A DNA stretch of 34,094 nucleotides from an uncultured virus (IMG/VR IMGVR_UViG_3300029305_009617) (lineage: Duplodnaviria; Heunggongvirae; Uroviricota; Caudoviricetes): the IMG/VR virus record IMGVR_UViG_3300029305_009617. One strand, written 5' to 3'. This document shows, one piece after another, positions 1-8,967 of this stretch. Both the position numbers and the translations under genes were made by a program. The notes under the pieces were generated by a model. That model was not told the origin of the DNA and made no database searches. It saw nothing but the letters and a program-made list of their open reading frames with translations. Position 1 is the first letter of the stretch, and each line of letters starts with the position of its first letter.

Positions 1-7
1 ACAATTA

Positions 8-271
8 ATGTATTTACTGGTTTTTGGCGGAATCGGATTATTGTTACTTATGTTGTCAGCCGTTGCCAAAATGGTTGTTATCGGAGGCATCTTATTTGTT
101 GTTTTTTTGGTATTGGGGATTGTTATTCCAAGATTTAATATGCCGGATGATAAATACCTTTGGGGTGGTGGAATGCCTTTGGAAACAATCTTTATACGAT
201 GGATTTTTAAAAAAATATCCAAAAAGTCATTATATATTAAATGTCATACAAAAGGAGGAGAGTTTAAGTGA
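8..271 (+). CDS. Small two-TM membrane protein, PrgI/VirB3-like conjugation protein (may be 5'-truncated by the window)
   Basis: Two hydrophobic segments followed by a basic tail. Lies directly upstream of the VirB4 pair, and its stop overlaps the next GTG start. Confidence 0.55.
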   Translation: MYLLVFGGIGLLLLMLSAVAKMVVIGGILFVVFLVLGIVIPRFNMPDDKYLWGGGMPLETIFIRWIFKKISKKSLYIKCHTKGGEFK

Positions 272-1398
272 CAGTTATAAATCAATTGAATTACTGGCTG
301 GATATCATAATGCTTTCGACTGTTATTGCAATTGTTGTATTTGGCGGTATTGGTTTTTATCTTATAAAAATTAAAAAAATAACTGCAAAAGAAGAGCGGA
401 TTAATTATGAAGTATTTCATAGAAAAGATGCCAGTGAATTTGTGAAATTTGATAATATTTTTAACTGTTCTATGTCACGCGATAGTAGCACTTACGGTGT
501 TATGGTGATTGACGATTATACTTTTTTGGCAGCGCTTGATGTTAAAGGTTATAATTTCGCAACTGCTTCGGCAGAAGACAGGCGTAATACGATAATAAAT
601 GCGGTGTCTATATTCAATATAGTAGAAAGACCGGTGCAGATGCGCCAGAGTGCAATTGCAATTGATATTGGTCATAATATACAAATGCATAAAGACATAT
701 TGAAAGAACTCACATATAAACAGATGGACTTAGAACAAGAATATGAAGAAACAGGGCTTTTGATAGAACAGGAAGGGGATAATCCGGAAGTAAAAGATTT
801 TTTGGAAGCAAAAATTAAATCTTTACAGAAAGAGATCGTATCCACACGTTGGAAGAAAAAGGAAGTGAAAGAACTGATTAAGTACATGGAGTCTTTGTCA
901 TCGAAAGGGAATGCCAAGAAAGTAAATCAGTTTATTTTTACATATACCTACAATCCTTCGGAATATGTAGAAGAATTGTCTGTTGAGGAAATTTATACAA
1001 AAGCTAGTCAGGAAATTGCAATTATGGCAAATAATTATGCATCTGCATTTGGAAGTTGTGGATGTAACTGCAGACTGCTTACCGGCATGGAACTTCTTGA
1101 CCTGGTACGGCACCATTTTCATCCGGCTACGGCAGATGAAGTGAAAATAGAAGCTTTATATAATTCATCATTATCTGCACTGTTTGTAACGAGTGATTCT
1201 TTACTGAAGGCAGAACGGGAGCGAATGTCAGAAGCACAGTACCGGAAAAAACAGCAACAGTTGAATGAAGAATTTTTGATGCGTACTAAAAAAGCACAAT
1301 TGGATATGGAAACATTAAAAAAGGAATTGCTCAGCGAAGTGGAAGAAAAGGTAATAGAAGAGCTAGAACAGGAAGGCGGTGGATATACATATGAATAA
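268..1398 (+). CDS. Membrane-anchored conjugation protein (TrsD/VirB4-N-associated type) with coiled-coil C-terminus
   Basis: GTG start after AAGGAGG. N-terminal TM helix, a 'LDVKGYNFATASAED...PVQMR' segment like proteins that precede Gram-positive VirB4, and translational coupling to VirB4. Confidence 0.55.
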   Translation: MTVINQLNYWLDIIMLSTVIAIVVFGGIGFYLIKIKKITAKEERINYEVFHRKDASEFVKFDNIFNCSMSRDSSTYGVMVIDDYTFLAALDVKGYNFATASAEDRRNTIINAVSIFNIVERPVQMRQSAIAIDIGHNIQMHKDILKELTYKQMDLEQEYEETGLLIEQEGDNPEVKDFLEAKIKSLQKEIVSTRWKKKEVKELIKYMESLSSKGNAKKVNQFIFTYTYNPSEYVEELSVEEIYTKASQEIAIMANNYASAFGSCGCNCRLLTGMELLDLVRHHFHPATADEVKIEALYNSSLSALFVTSDSLLKAERERMSEAQYRKKQQQLNEEFLMRTKKAQLDMETLKKELLSEVEEKVIEELEQEGGGYTYE

Positions 1399-3733
1399 AG
1401 TACAATCAACGGAGTATTTATTAGAGCTTTCAACGTTTGCACCTTTGTTTTCATTACTTGCCATTTTGTTCGGAATCGCTGTAGTAGCCTTTTTAGGACA
1501 GATGATATATGAGCGGTTGCAGACAGTTCATGCTAATTCAAAGAAGCAAAGAGAAATTACGAAAAACAGTTTAAAGAGTGCTGATTTTTCTAAAGTTAAA
1601 GATGATAAAAAAGGCGAGCTGCTTAGAAAGATAGCAGAGCCAGACGGTGTTAACCCAGGGCCGGATAAATATTTGACACTTGATGATGGTGGCAAGGAAA
1701 TTTTTGTCCGTTGTTTTACAATCGCTGCGATGCCTAAAAATACGGATTTTGCAAATACATTTGCGGGATTGTTTGATTTTCCTGGTTGTATTTCTTCCGT
1801 GTTTGTAGAACCTCTTTCTGAAGGCAGCGTAATAGCAAAGATGGATAGACAGGTAACGGTACTTGCCAGTGAATATTCATCGGCCCAGGGTGATCCTAAC
1901 AGAACGCGTAAGATTGATTCGCAGTATAAGGAAGTCTATACAATGGCTGACCAGGTGGAAAGCGGAGATACAAAGATGTTTAATGTCGGTTTTGGGTTTG
2001 TCCTCTGGGCTGAATCATTACCGGCACTTAACAAGATTTCGGATACATTTCGTTCTAAGGCACTTTCAAAATCCATTATTATTTCAAGCTGCTTTGCTGT
2101 TCAGGCAGAAGCATTTGAGGCGTGTGCACCGTTTAATCATGTGATTCAGGTTAAGAGCAGTTTCATAAAGCAGGACGGTATCAAGTACCACATGTGGGAC
2201 AAGTATGCAGTTTCTACATTATTTAATTATACACAAAGCAGTTTTTCGCACAAAGACGGAATCATCCTCGGACATGATATGCAGCTTGGTTCTCCTATTT
2301 TTTATGACTTATTTGACCCAAGCCACGACGGATTTACGATGGTTATTGCAGGAAAAACAGGTAGTGGTAAGTCTGCCACAATTAAAATGTTCGTATCCCG
2401 GAGTGTATTTTTTGGATACCGGTTTGTCTGTATTGATTCGGAAGTCAGAAAAGGTACGAATGAGGGTGAGTTTGCGGCAGTATGCGAATTAGTAAATGGG
2501 GTTAATTATAAAATTGCTAATAATTCTGACTGCATCATGAATCCTTTTGAGATTTCTGAAACTACAAAATCAATCAAAACAGATTATAACGCTACAAAGG
2601 AAATTCGTACGCTTGACTTAAATGATAAGATTGCTGTTTTGGAAAATACACTTCTTACCATGTTGCAGGGAAATAAAGAATTTTCGAATCTTGAAAATAC
2701 TATTACCATACGTCGTATTTTAGTGGATACGGTTTCGGCGTTATATCAGTCGTTTGGTATTTATGACGGAAAACCAGATTCTTTATATACAGAAGGATAT
2801 GTTACGGTAAATGGAACATTACAGAGCGGTAGGGTGAAAAAAATACTGCCTACCATGTCGGATTTCTATAAACGTGTTTTGATTGAGTCTAAAAATAATA
2901 GGGATGAGTCACTGAATAAGGCGTACAACATTATCCTGATGGGGTTAAAGGATTTTGTAAAGGAATTACATTATACGGCAAAGACATACACATTTTTATC
3001 AAGAGAGCAGGTTAGCCAGCTGAAATATCGTGATGTAAAATCGAGACAGTATACCTATACGAATGCTAATGGAGAGGATGAAGATGTTATTTCTATTCAT
3101 GGTATACGTGCTTACTATGATGGCCAGTCAACGTTTGGTGTGGATGCAGACTGTCCGTTTACAAATATTGATATTTCATTGCTGCCGGAGAATGAAAAGA
3201 TTCTTGCCCGTCAGATTGCAATGGACTTTTTAATTGAATCCTTCATTAAGAAAAATTCAGAAGTTTTGGAAAATTCAAAGAAGTTGGTAGCAATCTTTGA
3301 TGAATGTCATAAAAACTTTAAATATGAATATGCCCGCAAGGCAATTGATGATGCTGTTCGTACAGTCCGTAAGAGATATGCCGGCATTATTCTTTCCAGT
3401 CAGACATTATCGGAATATAAAAATTATCCGGAAACACAGGCTATTTTGAAGCAGGCAACTACTAAATTTATTTTCAAGCAGGATACACAGGACAGGGACT
3501 TCTTAAAGAGTGCACTTGATTTGACAGATGCTCAGGTTGAATACATTACAACAAGACTTGGCGGGGATAAGAAAAATGAAGCAGATCAAGACAGACACCG
3601 TGGAGAAGTATGTATTGTCGACAATATGGATGTTGCTTTCTGTAAGGTTGATTATTTAAAGCCAACTGAAAAATACGCTGTTGAGACGAATGCGAAAGAA
3701 GTTGAAAAGATGATGAATCAGAAGGCTAGTTAA
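1391..3733 (+). CDS. virB4: VirB4-family (TraE/TrsE-like) T4SS ATPase
   Basis: Walker A AGKTGSGKS, 'CIDSE', 'MNPFE', Walker B 'AIFDECH', 'RKRYAGIILSSQ', 'FIFKQ'. About 780 aa. ATG at 1391 is chosen over the ORF-track start. Confidence 0.9.
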   Translation: MNKVQSTEYLLELSTFAPLFSLLAILFGIAVVAFLGQMIYERLQTVHANSKKQREITKNSLKSADFSKVKDDKKGELLRKIAEPDGVNPGPDKYLTLDDGGKEIFVRCFTIAAMPKNTDFANTFAGLFDFPGCISSVFVEPLSEGSVIAKMDRQVTVLASEYSSAQGDPNRTRKIDSQYKEVYTMADQVESGDTKMFNVGFGFVLWAESLPALNKISDTFRSKALSKSIIISSCFAVQAEAFEACAPFNHVIQVKSSFIKQDGIKYHMWDKYAVSTLFNYTQSSFSHKDGIILGHDMQLGSPIFYDLFDPSHDGFTMVIAGKTGSGKSATIKMFVSRSVFFGYRFVCIDSEVRKGTNEGEFAAVCELVNGVNYKIANNSDCIMNPFEISETTKSIKTDYNATKEIRTLDLNDKIAVLENTLLTMLQGNKEFSNLENTITIRRILVDTVSALYQSFGIYDGKPDSLYTEGYVTVNGTLQSGRVKKILPTMSDFYKRVLIESKNNRDESLNKAYNIILMGLKDFVKELHYTAKTYTFLSREQVSQLKYRDVKSRQYTYTNANGEDEDVISIHGIRAYYDGQSTFGVDADCPFTNIDISLLPENEKILARQIAMDFLIESFIKKNSEVLENSKKLVAIFDECHKNFKYEYARKAIDDAVRTVRKRYAGIILSSQTLSEYKNYPETQAILKQATTKFIFKQDTQDRDFLKSALDLTDAQVEYITTRLGGDKKNEADQDRHRGEVCIVDNMDVAFCKVDYLKPTEKYAVETNAKEVEKMMNQKAS

Positions 3734-3748
3734 GAAAAGGAACAATTT

Positions 3749-6478
3749 ATGAGAAACAGAAGCTTATTTTATAAAGTTCAAATTTTTATATTGATATTAT
3801 TATCAGGGATTGTATTATCTTTTCTGCCTAACATTACTGCAAATGCATCTAACTATCATTCGTGGATGCGAGAAGGAGAAGAATTATATGGCGGTGATGT
3901 AGGAACACCTTCTGATACTTCAAATATTTTGAGTTATGAACCTAAAGATGATAGTGTACTCAAGCATTTAGTAAATTTAATCAATTCGTTTGCGGCATCT
4001 ATTAATGAACATCTGTTTAAAGTGGACGCAGCTGATTACAGTGTAAGTTTGAGTGGAATTGTAATGGGAAGATTGGCAGATTACAGAGTTTCCATACTTA
4101 AATTTGAACTGTTTGAAGACAATCCTTGGGGACTTGTTGGAAGCGTAGTATATGTGGCCTTTAGAAATATAATTTATGGTCTGATGCTGTTATATTGCGG
4201 GATGCTTTTAGTAAAACAGTTATTTAATAATGGCGCAAAAGGAAGGGCAGAATTAAAAGCTATCTCATCTACGGTACTATTTTTATTTTCCCTTCTTTAT
4301 ATTATGCCATGGTTTGCTAATATGTTTATTATTGGAAGAGATTCTATTATCCTTAATTTGGGAGAGCGAATGCTTGGGGTAAGAGGACTGGATATACATG
4401 ATTCCGTTCTGGAGGTTATGAGTATATCAGATGAAATAGATATTTTCCTTTCGCTGATTTACTTTGCACTTATGTTCGCACCTCTTTTTTATGTTGTAGG
4501 ATATGCTTCTATTGCGATGCAGGAAACTGCTCTTTTTGGATTGTTTCCTGTGGTTACCCTTTTATCTATACGGGATAAGAAGCTTCTTAATTCATGGTGT
4601 GGTATGTTTTTTTCAAATCTTGCAGTACCATTGCTGGATTATATTTTTTTGATGTTACCACTTATTATGAAGCTATTGGTTAATCCTGGAGGTGGAGAAA
4701 ACTTTGCATATGTGGTAGTGACTTTGTGTTGTATCTGGTCTGCACAGCCGGCACGTAACGCAATTCTTCGTCTATTTGGAAATATGGGCGGAGCACAGGC
4801 AAATATCGGTGGTATGGCTGCTCTTGGTATGGCTGCTATGCGAATGATGGGTGGTGGCTTTAGAGGCGCTTCTGGTTCCGGTGGTGTTACCTCAAGTGTT
4901 ACGGATGATTTAACAAATGCACAGAGATTTGAAAATCTGGCTGGAGGATTTAATGAAGCACTGGCAGATACGCAAAGAGAAGTAGATAAGATTGCTTCTG
5001 TTGATGATATCAACAGGGAGCTGTCAGCTATTGGTGGCGCAGAAGACAATGGTGTAATCATGAACTCTCTGGGAGATGGTCCTGCAGAAGGCGGTTCTTC
5101 TGGTATAGATACCTCAGAAATTGAGTTGGGAACTGGTGGTAATGCCGAAGCAATCATGGGAGATGAGGCAGAACCTGTTTTAGAGCCTGCACAGGCTGAT
5201 GCAGGTGAGGCTCCTGTGATAGAGGAAGCAGCACTTGACGAGGCAGGAAACAGTGAAATGTCCAATGGAATCTCTGCGGAGCGTGGCGCAGAAATGGAAG
5301 CTCAGGAAGACAATGGCACATTCTACAAACATGGTGAAATTCCAGCCGAAGAACTTTCACAGCGGCAGGTATTCCAGAATGCTCGTCTTGATAATTTGGA
5401 GAAACTGGATGCAGCAAAGGATGCACTGAACGACCAGCAACAAGCGGTGGATTTAGCGGAGCAGCGTTTTGCAAGTGTTGGTGGTGACGTTCCTGTTAAA
5501 GAAGCGAAACTTGCAGATAATGAAGCCCGTTTAAAGGATATATCTGATGAACTTAAAGCAAGTGAGTCGTATATGAAAAATTACGATAGAGAAAGTAAAG
5601 CATATCCATCCATGTCAGCGGATGAGAAGCAGATTTTTGACAGTAAGTATGCAGATGTTGAAACGCACAGGACTAATATTTCAAACCTGACCAATGAACA
5701 GGCGGCACTTACAGCGCAAAATGCAACGTTAACGAAAGAAATAAATGCGGTGAAAGCAAATCCAGAATATGCAAATGCAGCGCAAGCTGTAACCAATGCG
5801 AAAATCAAACGGGATAAGTTGTCTGAGGTTATTCAGAAACGAACAGATGCAGAAAAAGCGTATGCAACCATGATGGAAGGACAGGGCGGTAGTGGCAAGA
5901 CTTATGAGAATGCTCTTTCATACAAACACGCTATTAATACTGCCGAAATGAAAAACCGTCAGACCAGCTGGAGAAACTTTGATGCTCATGCAGATACAAG
6001 TGATATCTCACCGGATGAAAAGGCGGCATACTATCGCCAACGTGCAGAGCATAAGCAGAACCAGAAAGAGGTCAGCAACGTCGCTAAGGTTGCAGGAACG
6101 CTTGCTGGTGGTATTGCTGGTATGTATGGTGGAGTTGGTGCTATGGCAACAGGAGCAATGCTTGGATATGGTATATCTGAGACTACTGCAAATAAGGGTA
6201 TGGAATTCTATAACGACCGGAAAGACTATAAACAGGCTCAAAATGCGGGTCAGACGGAATCTCCAACGCCGGCACTTCAGAATAGTTCCGGAAGGAAATT
6301 TAACTATAGTAAGTTTGTTGAGACTAAGAAACAAGAGGCGAGAGCCAAAAATGCCCAGAAACAGGCAGAACAAAACAGTACTCCGATTGATGGACTGACT
6401 GACTTGATTCGTCCAACTGTACAATCTAATGCATCAAAGGCAGGATTTACCGTTAAAAATAATGATTCAGACAAATAG
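3749..6478 (+). CDS. VirB6/TrbL-like polytopic membrane protein with long Gly/acidic and coiled-coil cytoplasmic extension
   Basis: Multiple TM segments in the N-terminal ~350 aa, then Gly-rich, acidic, coiled-coil and glycine-zipper regions. Follows VirB4. Confidence 0.7.
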   Translation: MRNRSLFYKVQIFILILLSGIVLSFLPNITANASNYHSWMREGEELYGGDVGTPSDTSNILSYEPKDDSVLKHLVNLINSFAASINEHLFKVDAADYSVSLSGIVMGRLADYRVSILKFELFEDNPWGLVGSVVYVAFRNIIYGLMLLYCGMLLVKQLFNNGAKGRAELKAISSTVLFLFSLLYIMPWFANMFIIGRDSIILNLGERMLGVRGLDIHDSVLEVMSISDEIDIFLSLIYFALMFAPLFYVVGYASIAMQETALFGLFPVVTLLSIRDKKLLNSWCGMFFSNLAVPLLDYIFLMLPLIMKLLVNPGGGENFAYVVVTLCCIWSAQPARNAILRLFGNMGGAQANIGGMAALGMAAMRMMGGGFRGASGSGGVTSSVTDDLTNAQRFENLAGGFNEALADTQREVDKIASVDDINRELSAIGGAEDNGVIMNSLGDGPAEGGSSGIDTSEIELGTGGNAEAIMGDEAEPVLEPAQADAGEAPVIEEAALDEAGNSEMSNGISAERGAEMEAQEDNGTFYKHGEIPAEELSQRQVFQNARLDNLEKLDAAKDALNDQQQAVDLAEQRFASVGGDVPVKEAKLADNEARLKDISDELKASESYMKNYDRESKAYPSMSADEKQIFDSKYADVETHRTNISNLTNEQAALTAQNATLTKEINAVKANPEYANAAQAVTNAKIKRDKLSEVIQKRTDAEKAYATMMEGQGGSGKTYENALSYKHAINTAEMKNRQTSWRNFDAHADTSDISPDEKAAYYRQRAEHKQNQKEVSNVAKVAGTLAGGIAGMYGGVGAMATGAMLGYGISETTANKGMEFYNDRKDYKQAQNAGQTESPTPALQNSSGRKFNYSKFVETKKQEARAKNAQKQAEQNSTPIDGLTDLIRPTVQSNASKAGFTVKNNDSDK

Positions 6479-6483
6479 CTTTT

Positions 6484-6515
6484 ATGGGAGCGGCATGACC
6501 GCTCCCATTGCTTTT
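6484..6515 (+). terminator. Intrinsic terminator after the T4SS genes
   Basis: ATGGGAGCGG-catga-CCGCTCCCAT perfect stem followed by T-rich sequence. Confidence 0.75.
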
Positions 6516-6521
6516 CAAACC

Positions 6522-6540
6522 GTGTACGAAAAACAGAACA
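6522..6540. repeat. 19-bp motif GTGTACGAAA-NN-CAGARCA, copy 1
   Basis: GTGTACGAAAaaCAGAACA. Other copies at 7492 and 15043. Confidence 0.75.
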
Positions 6541-6559
6541 AGTATAAAAATGTATACCA

Positions 6560-6588
6560 TTTACATTAATAAAATTTTATTTTAGAAT
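6560..6588 (+). promoter_or_regulatory. SigA-like promoter for TA module 1 toxin mRNA
   Basis: TTTACA-17 nt-TAGAAT immediately upstream of the structured leader. Confidence 0.55.
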
Positions 6589-6677
6589 ATTAACAAGGTA
6601 CTACTAAGTACGGTAGCGGTTGCCCTTCTTTGTATATTGGAGGGTTTTCCCTCTAATCGAAAGAAAGGGGGATGCTT

Positions 6678-6740
6678 ATGGTTACATATGATGGATTATT
6701 TCAGTTCGGATTATTAATCGTTGCAATTATTAGCCTGTAA
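6678..6740 (+). CDS. Holin-like type I toxin peptide MVTYDGLFQFGLLIVAIISL (probably truncated by a 1-nt deletion)
   Basis: RBS AAAGGGG. The MVTY..LFQF + hydrophobic helix pattern is typical of Firmicutes putative holin-like toxins. 5'/3' UTR complementarity and an antisense promoter are present. Confidence 0.75.
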   Translation: MVTYDGLFQFGLLIVAIISL

Positions 6741-6751
6741 AGGCTTATAAT

Positions 6752-6840
6752 AAAAAATAAACCGCCAGCCTGGACAACTGCGGTTCATTTTTACCAACGT
6801 TATAAGGGTAACCGTCTGCAATACGGTAGTACCTCTTTAC
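6752..6840 (-). ncRNA. Antisense antitoxin RNA, TA module 1
   Basis: Minus-strand promoter TTGACT-17-TATTCT (6875-6847, extended -10 TGn). Ends in a hairpin at ~6755-6790. Confidence 0.65.
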
Positions 6841-6892
6841 TTTTTTAGAATAGCACTTAAGAATCTCGTAGTCAATATTATTAAGGCATCAA

Positions 6893-6982
6893 TTTAGAAT
6901 AAAAACAGCTGTTTTTATTCTAAAATTGAACGTTTTAACAGTAATTGTATTTATACAATTAAATTGCGATGTCGCAATTTAA
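6893..6982. repeat. Three stacked palindromes
   Basis: 32-bp perfect palindrome 6893-6924, 9-bp-arm IR 6942-6961 and 11-bp-arm IR 6959-6982. Confidence 0.85.
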
Positions 6983-7030
6983 ACATCAAATAAATTAATA
7001 TGAAGTCTTTCAGCGAAACTTAATAAAAGA

Positions 7031-7059
7031 TTGTATATCGTATTATTAATTGTTATAAT
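7031..7059 (+). promoter_or_regulatory. SigA promoter for TA module 2
   Basis: TTGTAT-17 nt-TATAAT with extended TG. Confidence 0.7.
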
Positions 7060-7177
7060 TAACCATGGGTGCTACCAAACGGTAAGCGGTTTGCCTTTCG
7101 CCAAAATGATTACATTTTGAGAACTTCCGGCATTCTGGAGGTGATACATATGGAAAATATGGAGAAAGGAATACTTG

Positions 7178-7306
7178 ATGTTAGATACTGTTCTGAAGAT
7201 AGTAGATATCATTATTAAAGCAATCGGGATGATTGTTAAAATAATTGATATTCTACAAAAATCCAAAGATAAACATCAAAAAGACAACCGCTCCGACCAA
7301 AGTTAG
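7178..7306 (+). CDS. 42-aa amphipathic peptide, putative type I toxin (MLDTVLKIVDIIIKAIGMIVKIIDILQKSKDKHQKDNRSDQS)
   Basis: RBS GAAAGGA. Amphipathic helix plus charged tail, inside the same RNA scaffold as module 1. Confidence 0.65.
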   Translation: MLDTVLKIVDIIIKAIGMIVKIIDILQKSKDKHQKDNRSDQS

Positions 7307-7368
7307 GTTGTCTTCTTGATAAGCAACTATTAACCAAGGCGAACCGTTTATCGGTAGCACCTCTTTAC
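7275..7368 (-). ncRNA. Antisense antitoxin RNA, TA module 2
   Basis: Minus-strand TTGACT-17-TATTCT (7403-7375). Its 5' end AAAGAGGTGCTACCGATAAACGGTT resembles module 1. Hairpin AGACAACC...GGTTGTCT. Confidence 0.65.
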
Positions 7369-7491
7369 ATTTTTAGAATAGCATTAAAAAAAATTGTAGT
7401 CAACATTTTATTTTGAACAACGATAGCCTATACTCGAGGCCGGTTGCAAGGAGATTCTATCATTCCATGAAAACTATGCAATCTGCTTTAA

Positions 7492-7510
7492 GTGTACGAA
7501 ATTCAGAACA
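7492..7510. repeat. 19-bp motif, copy 2
   Basis: GTGTACGAAAttCAGAACA. Confidence 0.75.
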
Positions 7511-7525
7511 TTTTTTGCAAATCTG

Positions 7526-7580
7526 TTGACATTTGTGATACCGGGTGGTATATATTATTTATAGACAGAACATTTGTTTG
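7526..7580 (+). promoter_or_regulatory. SigA promoter with LexA/DinR (SOS) box
   Basis: TTGACA-17-TATATT (7526-7554). GAAC-ATTT-GTTT at 7568-7579 matches the Firmicutes GAAC-N4-GTTC box. Confidence 0.7.
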
Positions 7581-7599
7581 CGCCAAAGGGGGTGTGGTT

Positions 7600-8394
7600 A
7601 TGACAATAGATAAAGATATAAATAACCTGTTAAATGTTTCAGAAATGCAGATTTATAATAGGATAGGAAGAGGAGATTCGCACCTTGTAATGGAAAAAAT
7701 AAATAGTATAATGAATCAGTTTATACGGCTTGCCAATTACAGGCACTCATCTGAAAGCCGACGTATTCCTGTAGGACTGGATATCTCAATAAATTACATC
7801 GTAAACAGCACTGGTCAAGGATATTTTTTAACAGATAATAATATATCTATTTCGATTCCTTATTTTGAATTAAGAGATTATAGGGCAGATTCAGAAGAGG
7901 AAAAAAAGGTATATCGTGATTATTTGTTTTCGCTGTTTGGGTACAGAATGCTTTGGGCTACTTCCATATATGAGTTACAGAATGATTTGGAGAGGTTAAT
8001 TGAATCGTTTAATGAGGATAATAAAAATAAGTGGAGTACTGTGAAAAGACCGATTGGCTATACCTTTCAGCAGATAGAATCTCACATACCACAACCGGCT
8101 CTGGGAGGCTTCACGTCAAGATATGAATACATCTGTATTGTAATTTATGAAGAAATTTGCAGGGATAGAGTGGATTTCCTGATAACAACAAATCAGGTAA
8201 AGGGAGTAGGAAGTCTTGAGGATATGGTTTGGTACTGGAATGATGGACGGGAAATCGGCAAAAATTTGGATGAAGATATCAAAAAATTCCCAGAGGAAGA
8301 GGGGTTGATATTTGATGAACCAACGATTATAATGAGAGACCCTTTCAGTCATGATGTAAAGGTGATTAAGGAGCGGCCATTTCCGCTTAAGTAG
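7600..8394 (+). CDS. Hypothetical protein (264 aa), predicted SOS-regulated
   Basis: ATG at 7600 after AAGGGGG. The upstream extension in the ORF track overlaps the promoter. No recognisable family. Confidence 0.75.
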   Translation: MTIDKDINNLLNVSEMQIYNRIGRGDSHLVMEKINSIMNQFIRLANYRHSSESRRIPVGLDISINYIVNSTGQGYFLTDNNISISIPYFELRDYRADSEEEKKVYRDYLFSLFGYRMLWATSIYELQNDLERLIESFNEDNKNKWSTVKRPIGYTFQQIESHIPQPALGGFTSRYEYICIVIYEEICRDRVDFLITTNQVKGVGSLEDMVWYWNDGREIGKNLDEDIKKFPEEEGLIFDEPTIIMRDPFSHDVKVIKERPFPLK

Positions 8395-8455
8395 TGGGCC
8401 TTATATGATGAAGGAAAAATTATTTCAGAAGATGATTTTAGAAAGGAGTTAGAGA

Positions 8456-8680
8456 ATGTGTTATCTAATAGCAAAGAAATTTGATGAAGAAGGCTGTCTT
8501 GCTGTTGAAGCAGAGCGCGGAAAAACTCTAGCTGCTTTAGTGACATATCTGGGACAAAAGACTTTGGATAAAGGAATTCAGATATTAACAGTAAGCGACA
8601 TGGATATGTATGGTGAATATAAACCATATAATCTTGTTGAAAGCGAATCTTTATTTATTCAAAAAGTATTAAGCATGTAA
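8456..8680 (+). CDS. Small hypothetical protein (74 aa)
   Basis: RBS GAAAGGAG, protein-like composition, and a terminator follows. Confidence 0.8.
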   Translation: MCYLIAKKFDEEGCLAVEAERGKTLAALVTYLGQKTLDKGIQILTVSDMDMYGEYKPYNLVESESLFIQKVLSM

Positions 8681-8685
8681 AAAGA

Positions 8686-8721
8686 GAGGAAGGTCTGGTT
8701 GCTAGCCAGGTCTTCTTTTTT
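8686..8721 (+). terminator. Intrinsic terminator
   Basis: GAAGGTCTGG-ttgctag-CCAGGTCTTC followed by a T-run. Confidence 0.7.
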
Positions 8722-8878
8722 ACTGCTTTTTTCAAGGTAAATGCAACCATCTTCTACTGTCAGAGTGATTGCAACTACGTGGTCGCATTAGATTTGAAAA
8801 ATCATACTTGCAGAAAAAGTGTGTAAATGCTTACATTTTTTATTGACTATAATTGTGATAAGTGCGTATAATGAATAT

Positions 8879-8967
8879 ACAAAGAGGTGCTACCGATAGA
8901 TGGTTAGTCCCCATTATATGTTTATAAAAAAATAACCGCTAGTTTGGAAGCTGGGCGGTTATTTTTG
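8879..8967 (+). ncRNA. Antitoxin-type sRNA, TA module 3 (inverted relative to modules 1 and 2)
   Basis: TTGACT-18-TATAAT promoter (8843-8872). 5' AAAGAGGTGCTACCGATAGATGGTT matches the module 2 antitoxin. Terminator AAAATAACCGC...GCGGTTATTTT. Confidence 0.7.

Noticed and set aside
4639..5265. 208-aa minus-strand ORF, plus other antisense ORFs within large genes (e.g. 30540-31256)
   Set aside because: Shadows of low-complexity or repeat coding on the plus strand, with no RBS or independent motifs.
7072..7266. 64-aa hydrophobic minus-strand ORF as the toxin
   Set aside because: Antisense shadow of the plus-strand peptide, which has the RBS, promoter and scaffold orientation.
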